Positions 26,500 to 36,219 of a stretch of 48,588 nucleotides of DNA are shown here, in pieces. A program made the translations under genes and the position numbers. The DNA comes from Candidatus Dojkabacteria bacterium (GTDB taxonomy: Bacteria; Patescibacteriota; Dojkabacteria; SC72), in NCBI GenBank assembly GCA_012842045.1, contig DUTP01000001.1:94534-143121 (forward strand). Direction: 5' to 3'. The notes under the pieces were generated by a model. The model was not told where the DNA came from, made no database searches, and saw only the letters and a program-made list of their open reading frames with translations. Each line of letters starts with the position of its first letter. Within the stretch, counting starts at the first letter, position 1.

Positions 26500-27636
26500 T
26501 TACTTAAGTGCTTTTTTAATATCCTTGATTGATTTCTCTCCCAATCCTTTGATATTTGTTAATTCCTCATCTGTGAGAGCTTCAAGTTGTGCAACTGACT
26601 TAATTCCTGCAGCTTCTAGACTATTTACAATTCTAGTAGGGAGACCTAACTCCTCCATGCCTTTCTTGTCCTCAACTTTCTTAACCTCTTCAGCTTGCTT
26701 TACTTCTTTCTCGATATCCTTTTCTTTCTTAACAACCCTAACAACAGAACCAGTACCAACAGATGCAACTTTACCTTCCCTTAGTGCTTTTGTCCTTTCC
26801 TTTTCTTCTGCTTCCATCTTTAGTTGTCTCTCCTTCTCTTCCTGTGCTTCTTTGGTTAATCTTGCCAACAAAGCTTCATTGTCTCTCCTTAATGAAATTA
26901 CAGAGAGACTCCTCTTTGAGTTTGCTACAACATCACCAAACAAATTCACAAACAGAGAAATACTCTTAAGAGAGTCGTCATTTGCTGGAATTGGATAATC
27001 AATTAAGTCTGGATTACAGTTGGTATCTATTAAAGCAATGATTGGAATTCCAACATTCCTTGCCTCCCTTATTGCATTGCTTTCAACCTGACTATCTATT
27101 ACCAAAATAGCTGTAGGTAATTTGTCCATAAATTTGATTCCTTTGTAGATCTTGTTTAGTCTCTCAATCTCCCTCTCAAGAAGTAGAATTTCTTTTTTAA
27201 CTAAACCTGCACCACCTCTTGCTAACTGCTCTTCCATCTTTACTAATGATTGTACACTCTTTTTGATAGCATCAAAGTTTGTAAAAAGACCACCAGGCCA
27301 TCTCCTATTGATGTAGAACATACCTGTTTTTTCTGCAACATTTTCAACAATTGTTGCAGCCTGTCCCTTTGTACCAACAATTAGAATGTTTCCATTCTGT
27401 GCATATTTATGCAGATTGGTTAATGCGACATCTAGATTTTCCAATGTCTTAACCAAATCTATGATATGTGTTCCATTTCTCACTTCGTAGATATATCTTT
27501 GCATCTTAGGATTCCATGCTCCTTTTTTATGACCAAAGTGAGCACCTACCTTGAGCAAATCTAGAAGTTCGGGCATTTGAAAACTTTTGTTTTTAGTCTC
27601 TGTTTTCTTAGAGACTGTTTTTGTGGCTTCTGCCAT
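26500..27636 (-). CDS. rpsB: 30S ribosomal protein uS2 with C-terminal coiled coil and alpha-CTD-like HhH domain
   Basis: GAHFGHK...WNPKM, RRWPGGLFTNF, DTNCNP..IDYPIPANDD; ~135-aa extension. Confidence 0.97.
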   Translation of the reverse strand: MAEATKTVSKKTETKNKSFQMPELLDLLKVGAHFGHKKGAWNPKMQRYIYEVRNGTHIIDLVKTLENLDVALTNLHKYAQNGNILIVGTKGQAATIVENVAEKTGMFYINRRWPGGLFTNFDAIKKSVQSLVKMEEQLARGGAGLVKKEILLLEREIERLNKIYKGIKFMDKLPTAILVIDSQVESNAIREARNVGIPIIALIDTNCNPDLIDYPIPANDDSLKSISLFVNLFGDVVANSKRSLSVISLRRDNEALLARLTKEAQEEKERQLKMEAEEKERTKALREGKVASVGTGSVVRVVKKEKDIEKEVKQAEEVKKVEDKKGMEELGLPTRIVNSLEAAGIKSVAQLEALTDEELTNIKGLGEKSIKDIKKALK

Positions 27637-27728
27637 ATGCTTATTCCTTTCCTTTTAATTAATATTCCTGAAGGATATCTCTATCCAGGATTGGTTCAGA
27701 AATATATGAGATATATTAAACAGGTAGG

Positions 27729-27757
27729 ATTATACAAATATATGTATTATTTTGCAA
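27729..27757 (-). promoter_or_regulatory. Sigma70 promoter of rpsB-tsf
   Basis: TTGCAA-N17-TATAAT. The leader has a GAGA-tetraloop hairpin at 27666-27690. Confidence 0.65.
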
Positions 27758-27762
27758 ACCTA

Positions 27763-28398
27763 TCAAATCTCTACTATTCTCCATTCATCCTTTCCAACTA
27801 CAATATGATCTAAAAGAGTGAGCCCTACAAGTTCTAAGCTCTCTTTAATTCTTTTTGTTATCTCTATATCCCCCATACTAGGTGTACTATCACCTGATGG
27901 ATGATTATGTGCCATTACTACACTACTAGCATTTACTTCCAATGCAGGAATTATGATATCTCTAGGTAGAACATTTACACCATCAAGTGTTCCTATACAT
28001 ATCGTTCTTTTTGAAATTACTTCAAACCTGGAGTTGAGGAATATAGCTACAACATGTTCCTGTTTTCTCTTCCCTATATATCTCAACATCTTGTATGCAT
28101 CCTCTGAACATTTAATTCTCTTCTTTTGCTCACTTCCAAGGTCATATATTCTTCTTCCTAGTTCAATACCACAAAGGATTTTCATACCAGTAACCTTTCC
28201 TATTCCTGTAACTTTACATATACCCTCAAGGGTAATTGGTTGACCTTTTTCAAGAATACTCCTAATTTTGCTTAGTACACTTCTAGATACAGACATGAAA
28301 TCTTTACCTTTTACACCTCTTCCTACTAGAATGGCTAGTAGTTCCATATCTGAGAGTGCATCTATACCTTTTTTAAGATATTTTTCTCTTGGAAGCAT
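27763..28398 (-). CDS. radC: RadC / JAB-domain protein
   Basis: LPREK..KGIDALSDMELLAIL, GIGKV HhH, HNHPSGDSTPS..D, LLDHIVVG. Confidence 0.96.
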   Translation of the reverse strand: MLPREKYLKKGIDALSDMELLAILVGRGVKGKDFMSVSRSVLSKIRSILEKGQPITLEGICKVTGIGKVTGMKILCGIELGRRIYDLGSEQKKRIKCSEDAYKMLRYIGKRKQEHVVAIFLNSRFEVISKRTICIGTLDGVNVLPRDIIIPALEVNASSVVMAHNHPSGDSTPSMGDIEITKRIKESLELVGLTLLDHIVVGKDEWRIVEI

Positions 28399-28404
28399 AC
28401 CTAG

Positions 28405-28437
28405 ATTATATTGAGTAATTATTAAATCTAGATTAAC
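28405..28437 (-). promoter_or_regulatory. Conserved box plus -10 element (copy 2, radC)
   Basis: Minus strand GTTAATCTAGATTTAAT, N10, TATAAT, N6, ATG 28398. Confidence 0.8.
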
Positions 28438-28501
28438 TATTTGTTATGGGACAAGGTATTCTTAATTGTACTGGGAAGCTAAAAATAGTATAATTGTTCT
28501 A

Positions 28502-28572
28502 AGAAGTTGGGTGGTACCCTCCGCCGGCTGTAATAATGCCGCTATGTTGTGGAGGAAGACACCCAGCTTTTT
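28502..28572 (+). ncRNA. Candidate small hairpin RNA B
   Basis: TTGTAC-N17-TATAAT promoter (28466-28494), then AGAAGTTGGGTG...CACCCAGC and TTTTT. Confidence 0.55.
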
Positions 28573-28579
28573 ATTTATC

Positions 28580-30733
28580 TCACTCCTCCTTTTTCTTCTT
28601 ACTCTTTGCTTTCTTGATATATTTACAATCTGGATAATTACTACACCCTACAAACTTTCTTCCCCACTTACTCCTTCTCTCTACCAAGTTATGACCACAT
28701 TCTGGACACTTCTCCTTTAATAGTAATGGAAGTGTTCCTTTACAATCTGGATACTTCTCACATGCCCAAAACTTACCATATTTCCCAATCTTAAGGATTA
28801 GTTTACCACCACACTCTGGACACTTCTCAGGTCTAGCATACTTCTCAAAATCAATACTCTCTTCCTTCCCTTCAATATCTTTCATACCTTTACAATCAGG
28901 GAACTTAGAACAACTCAAAAACTTACCATACCTACCAACCCTAACAACCATTCCTGCACCACACTCAGGACATTTCTCCTCTGACTTACCCAATATCACA
29001 ACATCTTCCTTCTTAACATTCTTCTCTGCCTCTACTATACCCTCAACAAGCATCTTGTATTCCTTGTCAATAACAGGAACATACTTCTTCTTACCAAGAG
29101 AAATATCATCTAAATCATTCTCTACATCAGCAGTATATGCATAGTCAACTAATCTAGAAAAATTCTTCTTTAAGAAATTGGTTACCAACCTTCCTACATC
29201 TACAGGGACTAATGCTTTCTGTTCCTTAACAACATATCCTCTTGCCATAATTGTGGAGATAATAGATGCATAGGTAGATGGTCTACCAATACCTAGTTGC
29301 TCTAATTTTTTGATTAAAGAAGCCTCTGTAAATCTAGCAGGTGGTTGAGTAAACTTCTGTTCATTGACAAACTCAATCTTCTTCAACACATCTCCCTCTT
29401 CTACACCATACATCTCCTGTAGATCATCCTCCTGACTTTTGATGTGTAATACTTTCCTAAAACCATCAAAAAGAACTTTCTCACCACCCATCGTAAACTC
29501 ATACTCTGGTTTCTTAGGATTCTCAGGAACAATACTCACTGTCAAGATCTCAACCTCCTTGTTGCTCATCTGGCTTGAAACAGCCCTCTTCCATATCAAT
29601 TCATACAACCTACCTGCAAAATCTCCTAGCTCCTTACTAACCTTCTTAGAATCAACAAAGAAGTCAGTCGGTCTAATAGCTTCATGAGCCTCCTGTGCAT
29701 TCTTAGCTTTTGTTTTGTAATAATTTGGTTTCTCTGGAATATATTCCTTACCATATCTCCCTTCTACGAGTTTTCGTATAGCATCTATAGCTTTTTTACT
29801 TAAGAAAACTGAATCAGTTCTCATATATGTAATGTAACCTGCTTGATACAAACTCTGAGCTACATTCATAGTTCTTTTTGATGTAAAGCCAAGAGTATTG
29901 TATGCAGACTGTTGAAGAGTAGATGTTGTAAATGGTGGATATGCATGTTTACTGGCTTTCTTCTTTGTTACACTCTTTACTACAAAATCACTACTACCTA
30001 TCTCTTTCTGAAAATCTAAAACTTCTTTCTCTGTCTTTGGAATATATTTCTTTCCATCTTTTCTTTGTAATTTAGCTTTGAGCTTGTACTTCTTACTGTC
30101 CTCTACAACAACTATGACTTCCCAATATTCTTCAGATTTGAATGCTTCTCTCTCTTCCTCTTTCTCTACTATTAATCTCAAAGCAACAGACTGTACTCTT
30201 CCTGCAGACAAACCATACCAAATCTTTTTCCAAAGCAATTCAGAAAGTTTGTATCCTACCAACCTATCAAGCACTCTTCTTGCTTTTTGTGCATCAACAA
30301 GATTCATATCTATACTCCCAGGTTTCTTTACAGCATCTTTAATAGCTGTTTCTGTTATCTCATGGAATGTTACTCTCTTTGGTTCTTTCAGTTTCAATTC
30401 ATTTGATACATGCCAAGCAATGGCCTCTCCTTCTCTATCAGGGTCCATTGCTAGATATACATTGCCTTCTTTAGGAATGGCTTTTTTAAGATCCTTTAGA
30501 ACTTTACCCTTACCATATATTACTTCCCAAAGAGGCTCGTACTTGTTATCGACATCTACACCTAACTTACTTTTTGGTAAATCTATTACATGACCTACTG
30601 TAGCCATTACCTTGTATTCTTTACCTAGATATTTGTTAATGGTTTTAGCCTTAGATGGGGACTCTACAATTAACAGATTGTTGTACCCCTTTGTTTCTTT
30701 TTTAGTTGTTTTTTTCGCTTTTGTTTTTGCCAT
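28580..30733 (-). CDS. topA: DNA topoisomerase I
   Basis: LIVESPSKAKTI, DPDREGEAIA, SAGRVQS, ITYMRTDS, GIGRPSTY, C-terminal zinc ribbons. Confidence 0.98.
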   Translation of the reverse strand: MAKTKAKKTTKKETKGYNNLLIVESPSKAKTINKYLGKEYKVMATVGHVIDLPKSKLGVDVDNKYEPLWEVIYGKGKVLKDLKKAIPKEGNVYLAMDPDREGEAIAWHVSNELKLKEPKRVTFHEITETAIKDAVKKPGSIDMNLVDAQKARRVLDRLVGYKLSELLWKKIWYGLSAGRVQSVALRLIVEKEEEREAFKSEEYWEVIVVVEDSKKYKLKAKLQRKDGKKYIPKTEKEVLDFQKEIGSSDFVVKSVTKKKASKHAYPPFTTSTLQQSAYNTLGFTSKRTMNVAQSLYQAGYITYMRTDSVFLSKKAIDAIRKLVEGRYGKEYIPEKPNYYKTKAKNAQEAHEAIRPTDFFVDSKKVSKELGDFAGRLYELIWKRAVSSQMSNKEVEILTVSIVPENPKKPEYEFTMGGEKVLFDGFRKVLHIKSQEDDLQEMYGVEEGDVLKKIEFVNEQKFTQPPARFTEASLIKKLEQLGIGRPSTYASIISTIMARGYVVKEQKALVPVDVGRLVTNFLKKNFSRLVDYAYTADVENDLDDISLGKKKYVPVIDKEYKMLVEGIVEAEKNVKKEDVVILGKSEEKCPECGAGMVVRVGRYGKFLSCSKFPDCKGMKDIEGKEESIDFEKYARPEKCPECGGKLILKIGKYGKFWACEKYPDCKGTLPLLLKEKCPECGHNLVERRSKWGRKFVGCSNYPDCKYIKKAKSKKKKEE

Positions 30734-30768
30734 ACGCTTTTAAAAATACAGCAATTATACTACATTTG

Positions 30769-31431
30769 TCAAAAAAAGAATTTTCTTTGATCTTCAAAAA
30801 CACCCACTATTTCTTTAAAATCTGAGAGTGAAGTAAGAATATTTGCACCTTGTTGAGCTAACATATTACAACCTTTTGAAACTTCACTCGTTATATTCCC
30901 AGGTACAACATATACATCTCTGTTGTAGTCTAATGCTAGTTTTGCAGTTGTGAGAGAGCCACTGTTTTCACCTGCTTCAATTATTACAGTTGATTGTGAT
31001 ACCCCTGCCAGTATTCTGTTTCTTTGTATATACATATATTTGTTAAACTTTATACCTTCTGGATACTCTGCAACTACAAGGTTAGTTTTAATCATTTCTT
31101 TACAAACCTTTCTATTAGAGAAAGGTATTGCACTATCAATACTTCCAGGTACAACTCCAATTGTTTTTATACCTCTCTCTAAACACTTTTTATGTGTATA
31201 TGCATCAACCCCCTTAGCCAAACCACTAACAACAACTATATCCAACTTTTTAAGTAAAGGAGTAAGAAACATATCTAAGACTCTAGCTCCATACTGAGTC
31301 ATCTTTCTAGTTCCTACAATGGTTAGACACTGTTTCTCCAACAGAGATTCATCTCCGTAGCAATATAGCTGTTGGGGTGGATCTGATATTTTCATTAGAA
31401 GACTATTGGGTCTAGGTTTAACTATTCTCAT
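30769..31431 (-). CDS. dprA: DNA-processing protein DprA (housekeeping copy, Rossmann domain only)
   Basis: IVGTRKMTQYG, VSGLAKGVD, RNRILAG, EAGENSGSLTTA; directly upstream of topA. Confidence 0.95.
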   Translation of the reverse strand: MRIVKPRPNSLLMKISDPPQQLYCYGDESLLEKQCLTIVGTRKMTQYGARVLDMFLTPLLKKLDIVVVSGLAKGVDAYTHKKCLERGIKTIGVVPGSIDSAIPFSNRKVCKEMIKTNLVVAEYPEGIKFNKYMYIQRNRILAGVSQSTVIIEAGENSGSLTTAKLALDYNRDVYVVPGNITSEVSKGCNMLAQQGANILTSLSDFKEIVGVFEDQRKFFF

Positions 31432-31436
31432 AGCCA

Positions 31437-31469
31437 ATAATACAGGGGAATTATTAAATCTAGATTAAC
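31437..31469 (-). promoter_or_regulatory. Conserved box plus -10 element (copy 3, dprA)
   Basis: Minus strand GTTAATCTAGATTTAAT, N10, TATTAT, N5, ATG 31431. 21 nt are identical to the radC copy. Confidence 0.8.
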
Positions 31470-31483
31470 CCAATTATTAACTA

Positions 31484-33481
31484 CTACAACTTTCCATTCT
31501 CCTTCATCCAGATAATCATCTCCCTTGCAACTTTAGCAGTATTGTAGCTCTGTCCTCCATCCTCTAAAAACATAGTTAAAACATACTTAGGTCTCTCTGA
31601 AGGAAAGAATGTTGTAACCCAAGCATGGGTATGTTCATAGACACCCTTCTTGTTTAATTTACCAAACTCAGCCGTACCTGTCTTTGCAGAAACAGAAACA
31701 CCTGGAATTCCTGCTAAATATCTAATAGTCGCTCTTGGACCATTTACTGCATTCCACATACCTTCCCTGACTATTTTTAGAGAATCAGATGAAACGATAT
31801 CTGTTCTAATGGGTTGGACTTCAACCTCATCCTTCTTACCATCTTCACCCTCAAAAGATTTAGCTAAATGAGGAACATTTAACTTACCTCCGTTTGCTAC
31901 TGCAGCTGTCCAATTAGCCATCTGTATAGGTGTTGTTAGGGTAATACCCTGCCCAATTACAGTATTACAAGAGTCTCCCTCAGGATACCAAACAGGTTCA
32001 AGCCAAGGACTGGTCTTCGAAAGTTCAATCTTGTTTGCTGGTGATGGCAGTCTTCCAGGAGCTTCCCCAGGAACATCTATACCTGTATACTCACCAACAC
32101 CAAATTTCTCGAGATATGGTACCAACCCATTCATATCCCACTTCCTTATCATCTCACAGAAATATATGTTTGAAGAAACAGAAATTGCATCTATTAGATT
32201 CAATGGACCATGTGATCTGTTCCCATACTCTTGAAAAGAAGCTCCTCCTGTGAAGGTATAGCCAGCTCTACTTACATAGATTGTATTCCTAGTGAGAACA
32301 CCTGCATCTAAACCTCCTGCCGCAACTAAAATTTTAAATGTAGAACCTGGAGGAACCTGTGCTGCAATTGCTCTATTAAGCAAGGGATTTCTAGGATTTC
32401 TCAACAATTTATCATACTCTTTCTGAGATATCCCCCCTACAAAAAGATTGTTATCATAGCCAGGATTAGAGACTAAAGCCAATAACTCACCATTGTTCAC
32501 ATCCTCAATAATAGCGGCACCACCCACCGCTCCATAGTCAACAACCGCTTTTTCCATTAGTTCATAGAGCTTCTTCTGGATATCTACATCAAGTGCTAAA
32601 TACAAATTCTTACCAGCTACTGGTTCTTTCACAACATATCCCTCTTCATTAATTTTCCTACCAAAAGAGTCCACCTCCCAAGCAATCTCTCCATCTTCAC
32701 CAAGTAAATATTCATCATACTGCTTCTCCAACCCTGTCCTACCTACTACATCGGTCAATTTAACATAATCTAGTTTCTTCAAATCTTCTGCAGTTACATT
32801 ACCCGTATAGCCTAAGATATGAGCAAAAGCATCACCATGTACGTATTCTCTCTTACTACCACTATCTATATACACACCAGGTAAATCATTGGTACTAGCC
32901 TTAATCTTAATCGCCATATCATCATTAATATTTCTAGCAACAAGAATCTCTGTAAAGTATGTATTCTTTTCATATGTAGAATATATCTTCTCTGACAAAG
33001 TTGTAAATTCTTCGGTCTGTTCTGCACTCTTCCATAGATCACCAATAATACCCCCTAGGGTATTTAGTGTTGTTTCTAACCTTTCAGTATCAATATACCC
33101 ATTCTCATCTATATACCTCTCAATTGAGATATATACATTCATAGAAGCAACATTCTTTACAAGCAGTTTTCCGTTTCTATCCATAATAACACCTCTCAAA
33201 GCCTTTTCCTCCCTTATACTAACTTGATTTCTCTTAGATTTTGCAAGAAAATGCTCACCCTGAACTACCTGTAAAGAAACAAGTTGAAATATTAAGAAAC
33301 CAAAGAGAAAAAGAAAGAGTGCCAAAAGCAAAACAGCATTCCAAGCAGGATTAAAACTATCATTACCTTTCGACTTTATACCACCCTTCAAAGTATCAAA
33401 TATTCCTTTACGAGAAAGCTTCAAAACAGATCTCTTCCTCTCTATTTTACTCTCTAATTTTTTTGAGATTTTCAAATCCAT
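31484..33481 (-). CDS. mrdA: Penicillin-binding protein 2
   Basis: RGVIMDRNG; SxxK (GSTFK), SxN (SSN), KTGTAE. Confidence 0.93.
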   Translation of the reverse strand: MDLKISKKLESKIERKRSVLKLSRKGIFDTLKGGIKSKGNDSFNPAWNAVLLLALFLFLFGFLIFQLVSLQVVQGEHFLAKSKRNQVSIREEKALRGVIMDRNGKLLVKNVASMNVYISIERYIDENGYIDTERLETTLNTLGGIIGDLWKSAEQTEEFTTLSEKIYSTYEKNTYFTEILVARNINDDMAIKIKASTNDLPGVYIDSGSKREYVHGDAFAHILGYTGNVTAEDLKKLDYVKLTDVVGRTGLEKQYDEYLLGEDGEIAWEVDSFGRKINEEGYVVKEPVAGKNLYLALDVDIQKKLYELMEKAVVDYGAVGGAAIIEDVNNGELLALVSNPGYDNNLFVGGISQKEYDKLLRNPRNPLLNRAIAAQVPPGSTFKILVAAGGLDAGVLTRNTIYVSRAGYTFTGGASFQEYGNRSHGPLNLIDAISVSSNIYFCEMIRKWDMNGLVPYLEKFGVGEYTGIDVPGEAPGRLPSPANKIELSKTSPWLEPVWYPEGDSCNTVIGQGITLTTPIQMANWTAAVANGGKLNVPHLAKSFEGEDGKKDEVEVQPIRTDIVSSDSLKIVREGMWNAVNGPRATIRYLAGIPGVSVSAKTGTAEFGKLNKKGVYEHTHAWVTTFFPSERPKYVLTMFLEDGGQSYNTAKVAREMIIWMKENGKL

Positions 33482-33484
33482 ACC

Positions 33485-33988
33485 CTATTTTAACCGAATT
33501 TGACTAGCATTTCCTCTACCTCTCCAACCTTTCAACAAAACCTCTAGCAACCAAAGCAAAACTGTTGTAGCCAAAGCTTTCACTACACATATCAACACCA
33601 TCTTCCAATCCAAGAACCCAAACACTCCTCTCTCCAAAAAATCTGGAAGAATATAGTTAAGAATGTAAAAGAGAAAAGAAGAGAAAAAGTTTGTAACATG
33701 TAAACCAACTATACTCTCTAATGAAAAGATTTTTGAAGAAAGCCAAAGTAGAAATGCAGGAAGAACAAACAGTGCCAAATTTGTACCTAATCTGTAGTTC
33801 ATAGTCACATCAAAAGCCACAGACACTACAACCACGACTGGAAGCAATTTCTTCCAATCAATTCTCTTGTACCATGCTAGAAAAAGAACAAAACTTAATC
33901 TAAAACCAAGAAGAGCCAAGAAAAAGCTCTCAAAGAACTGTAAAACAAATATTCCTACTATTGTGCCTAAAACAGTTAAAACTTGCAT
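33485..33988 (-). CDS. mreD: Rod shape-determining membrane protein MreD-like
   Basis: Multi-TM protein between mreC and mrdA; assigned mainly by synteny. Confidence 0.6.
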   Translation of the reverse strand: MQVLTVLGTIVGIFVLQFFESFFLALLGFRLSFVLFLAWYKRIDWKKLLPVVVVVSVAFDVTMNYRLGTNLALFVLPAFLLWLSSKIFSLESIVGLHVTNFFSSFLFYILNYILPDFLERGVFGFLDWKMVLICVVKALATTVLLWLLEVLLKGWRGRGNASQIRLK

Positions 33989-33989
33989 T

Positions 33990-34838
33990 TTACTTTTTAA
34001 TATTAACAAATACACTCATTAAATATCGACTATCCAACATCATCTCAACCCTACCATTCTTAGAAGTCTCTGCAGGATTCGAGGAAAGACCAACAACTTT
34101 ACCCACAACAAGATAGTCACCAACTTTCGAATCACTAATTACAACGACATCACCATCCTCTACATTAGAATTGCTTGAAATATTCTCAATTCGGATATAA
34201 TCGCCAACACCCTGGATTACTCCCTTGCTTACAATCTGCACTTCATCTGCATTAACTACTCCTTGCTCTACACCAACTTTTGTAATGAAAACTTCATAAC
34301 TACTACCCTTTGCTGTTGGTAGTAAAACCTTGGAAGAATACTCGTCCACTCTTTCCACAACACCTAGAAACAAATTTCCCAACGAGACAGCGTCACCGAC
34401 ACCTACACCATCACTCTTCCCCTTATTAATCCTCAAGAACTCTATTCTCTCTTCTCCCAAAACTTTTGCCATTAGGTATTCCCCATCTTTATTGGCTAAA
34501 TTTAATTGTTTCTGCAAAGCATCTTTCTCCTCTTGTAGAGTTACAAAGTAACTATTGTTCACATCTTTTTCATACATATCCAACTTCATCTGATTGAACT
34601 CTTTTTGAAATTTAGAAATTTGAACAATTATTTCAAATTTCTTGTTAATCCTACTTCCTAAATCACTACCATCTGCAGATATTGGTTGAAAAAGAAAAGA
34701 CACACCAGTTCGAAGTGGTTGTAACAACTTAGTACCATCTAAGAAAAACAGAAGAAGCATTACCAAAACCGCAATTGGAAGAAAAAGATTCTTATCAGCA
34801 AGTGTAAAAGCCTTCTTTTGCTTCTTCATAGCTTTCAT
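33990..34838 (-). CDS. mreC: Rod shape-determining protein MreC
   Basis: TM, coiled coil, INKGKSDGVGVGDAV. Confidence 0.85.
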   Translation of the reverse strand: MKAMKKQKKAFTLADKNLFLPIAVLVMLLLFFLDGTKLLQPLRTGVSFLFQPISADGSDLGSRINKKFEIIVQISKFQKEFNQMKLDMYEKDVNNSYFVTLQEEKDALQKQLNLANKDGEYLMAKVLGEERIEFLRINKGKSDGVGVGDAVSLGNLFLGVVERVDEYSSKVLLPTAKGSSYEVFITKVGVEQGVVNADEVQIVSKGVIQGVGDYIRIENISSNSNVEDGDVVVISDSKVGDYLVVGKVVGLSSNPAETSKNGRVEMMLDSRYLMSVFVNIKK

Positions 34839-34845
34839 ATTTCAA

Positions 34846-35907
34846 TTAAACTAACTCTTCCCAAGATTTTTGTACTCTATCCAACAAATCTATATGATCC
34901 AACATTAAAGCAGTACCTCTTGCTGCTGCTGTTAAAGGATCTTCTACTACCTTTACTGGAAGACCCAACTCCTGTGTCCAAAATGTATCCAATCCTCTAA
35001 TTAAAGCTCCTCCACCTGCAATATATATACCAGAAGATACCAAATCTCTGAGTAATTCAGGAGGAGTTTCCTCTATTGCGTCCTTCAAAACTTCCGTTAT
35101 CTGAGAAATTGTATTCATTATTGCTTCCCTAACCTCCCTACTACTTAATTCAATTGTTTTAGGTAAACCTGTTAACAAGTCCCTACCTTGTATTGGATAT
35201 TTCCTTTCCTTCTTCAATGGGACAGCTGAACCCATCATGATTTTAATATCCTCGGCACTTCTCTCTCCAATCAAAATATTGTACTTTGTTTTAATGTAAT
35301 CGATAATGTCTTGATCCATCTCATCACCAGCAACCTTCATTGTTCTATCAACAACGATATCTCCTAAAGAGAAAACGGCAATATCTGTAGTACCACCACC
35401 GACATCAATTATCATACTACCTGATGCCTCCTCAACCGGAAGTCCTGCACCGATAGCTGCTGCCATTGCTTCCTCTACTATGTACACTTTTCTTGCTTGT
35501 GCTGTTTTAACAGCATCTATCACCGCTTGCCTTTCGACCTCAGTCACAGAAGATGGTACACCTACAATGACTCTGGGTCTCTGTAACTTAAAAGGTTTAT
35601 TAAAACTTTTGTGTGTCTTAGTTATGAAATGATGAATCATTGCTTGTGTTGTATCAAAGTCAGAAATGACACCATCCTTTAGTGGTCTTACAGCAACAAT
35701 ATTTCCAGGTGTTCTACCTATCATCTGTCTAGCATCTTTACCAACGGCAAGTACTTCTTTTGTTCTTTTGTTTATAGCGACAACAGATGGTTCAGACACT
35801 GCAATACCGTGATTCCTCATATATACCTTGGTATTTGCTGTTCCTAAATCTATACCCAAATCATATGTGAGAATTTCCTGTAACCTATCAAACATACTAA
35901 TGAACAA
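34846..35907 (-). CDS. mreB: Actin-like MreB
   Basis: GIDLGTANT, EPSVVA, RPLKDGVISDF, DVGGGTTD, GGGAL; start may be the second Met. Confidence 0.97.
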   Translation of the reverse strand: MFISMFDRLQEILTYDLGIDLGTANTKVYMRNHGIAVSEPSVVAINKRTKEVLAVGKDARQMIGRTPGNIVAVRPLKDGVISDFDTTQAMIHHFITKTHKSFNKPFKLQRPRVIVGVPSSVTEVERQAVIDAVKTAQARKVYIVEEAMAAAIGAGLPVEEASGSMIIDVGGGTTDIAVFSLGDIVVDRTMKVAGDEMDQDIIDYIKTKYNILIGERSAEDIKIMMGSAVPLKKERKYPIQGRDLLTGLPKTIELSSREVREAIMNTISQITEVLKDAIEETPPELLRDLVSSGIYIAGGGALIRGLDTFWTQELGLPVKVVEDPLTAAARGTALMLDHIDLLDRVQKSWEELV

Positions 35908-36006
35908 AATATTTATAATTAATTAGCTGATTTTACCATTTAGATGGCAAAATTTCGAGAGTAACAAATTGTTTGTACAGAAAGGGAAAGGGGTTATGAA
36001 GAGAAA

Positions 36007-36219
36007 TTACTCCTGCTCTTTTCTAAGTCTTTTGTAACACTTCATACAAGCATTAATCCTCTTAGGAGTTCCTTCAATATCAACATCTATTTTCCTAAGG
36101 TTAGGCACAAAAGCCCTCTTTGTCTTAGGTGCTTTATACCTCCACCCGACAGAGTGCTTATGCTGTATTCTGTTTCCAGACACTGTAGATTTTCCACAAA
36201 GTTCACACATTTTTGCCAT
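36007..36219 (-). CDS. rpmB: 50S ribosomal protein bL28
   Basis: CELCGK...GN...H...TKRAFVPNL...CMKC. Confidence 0.93.
   Translation of the reverse strand: MAKMCELCGKSTVSGNRIQHKHSVGWRYKAPKTKRAFVPNLRKIDVDIEGTPKRINACMKCYKRLRKEQE

Noticed and set aside
27426-27440. ATCTAGAT core inside rpsB as a fourth regulatory box
   Set aside because: It is intragenic, the flanks do not match the 17-mer and no -10 follows at the conserved spacing.
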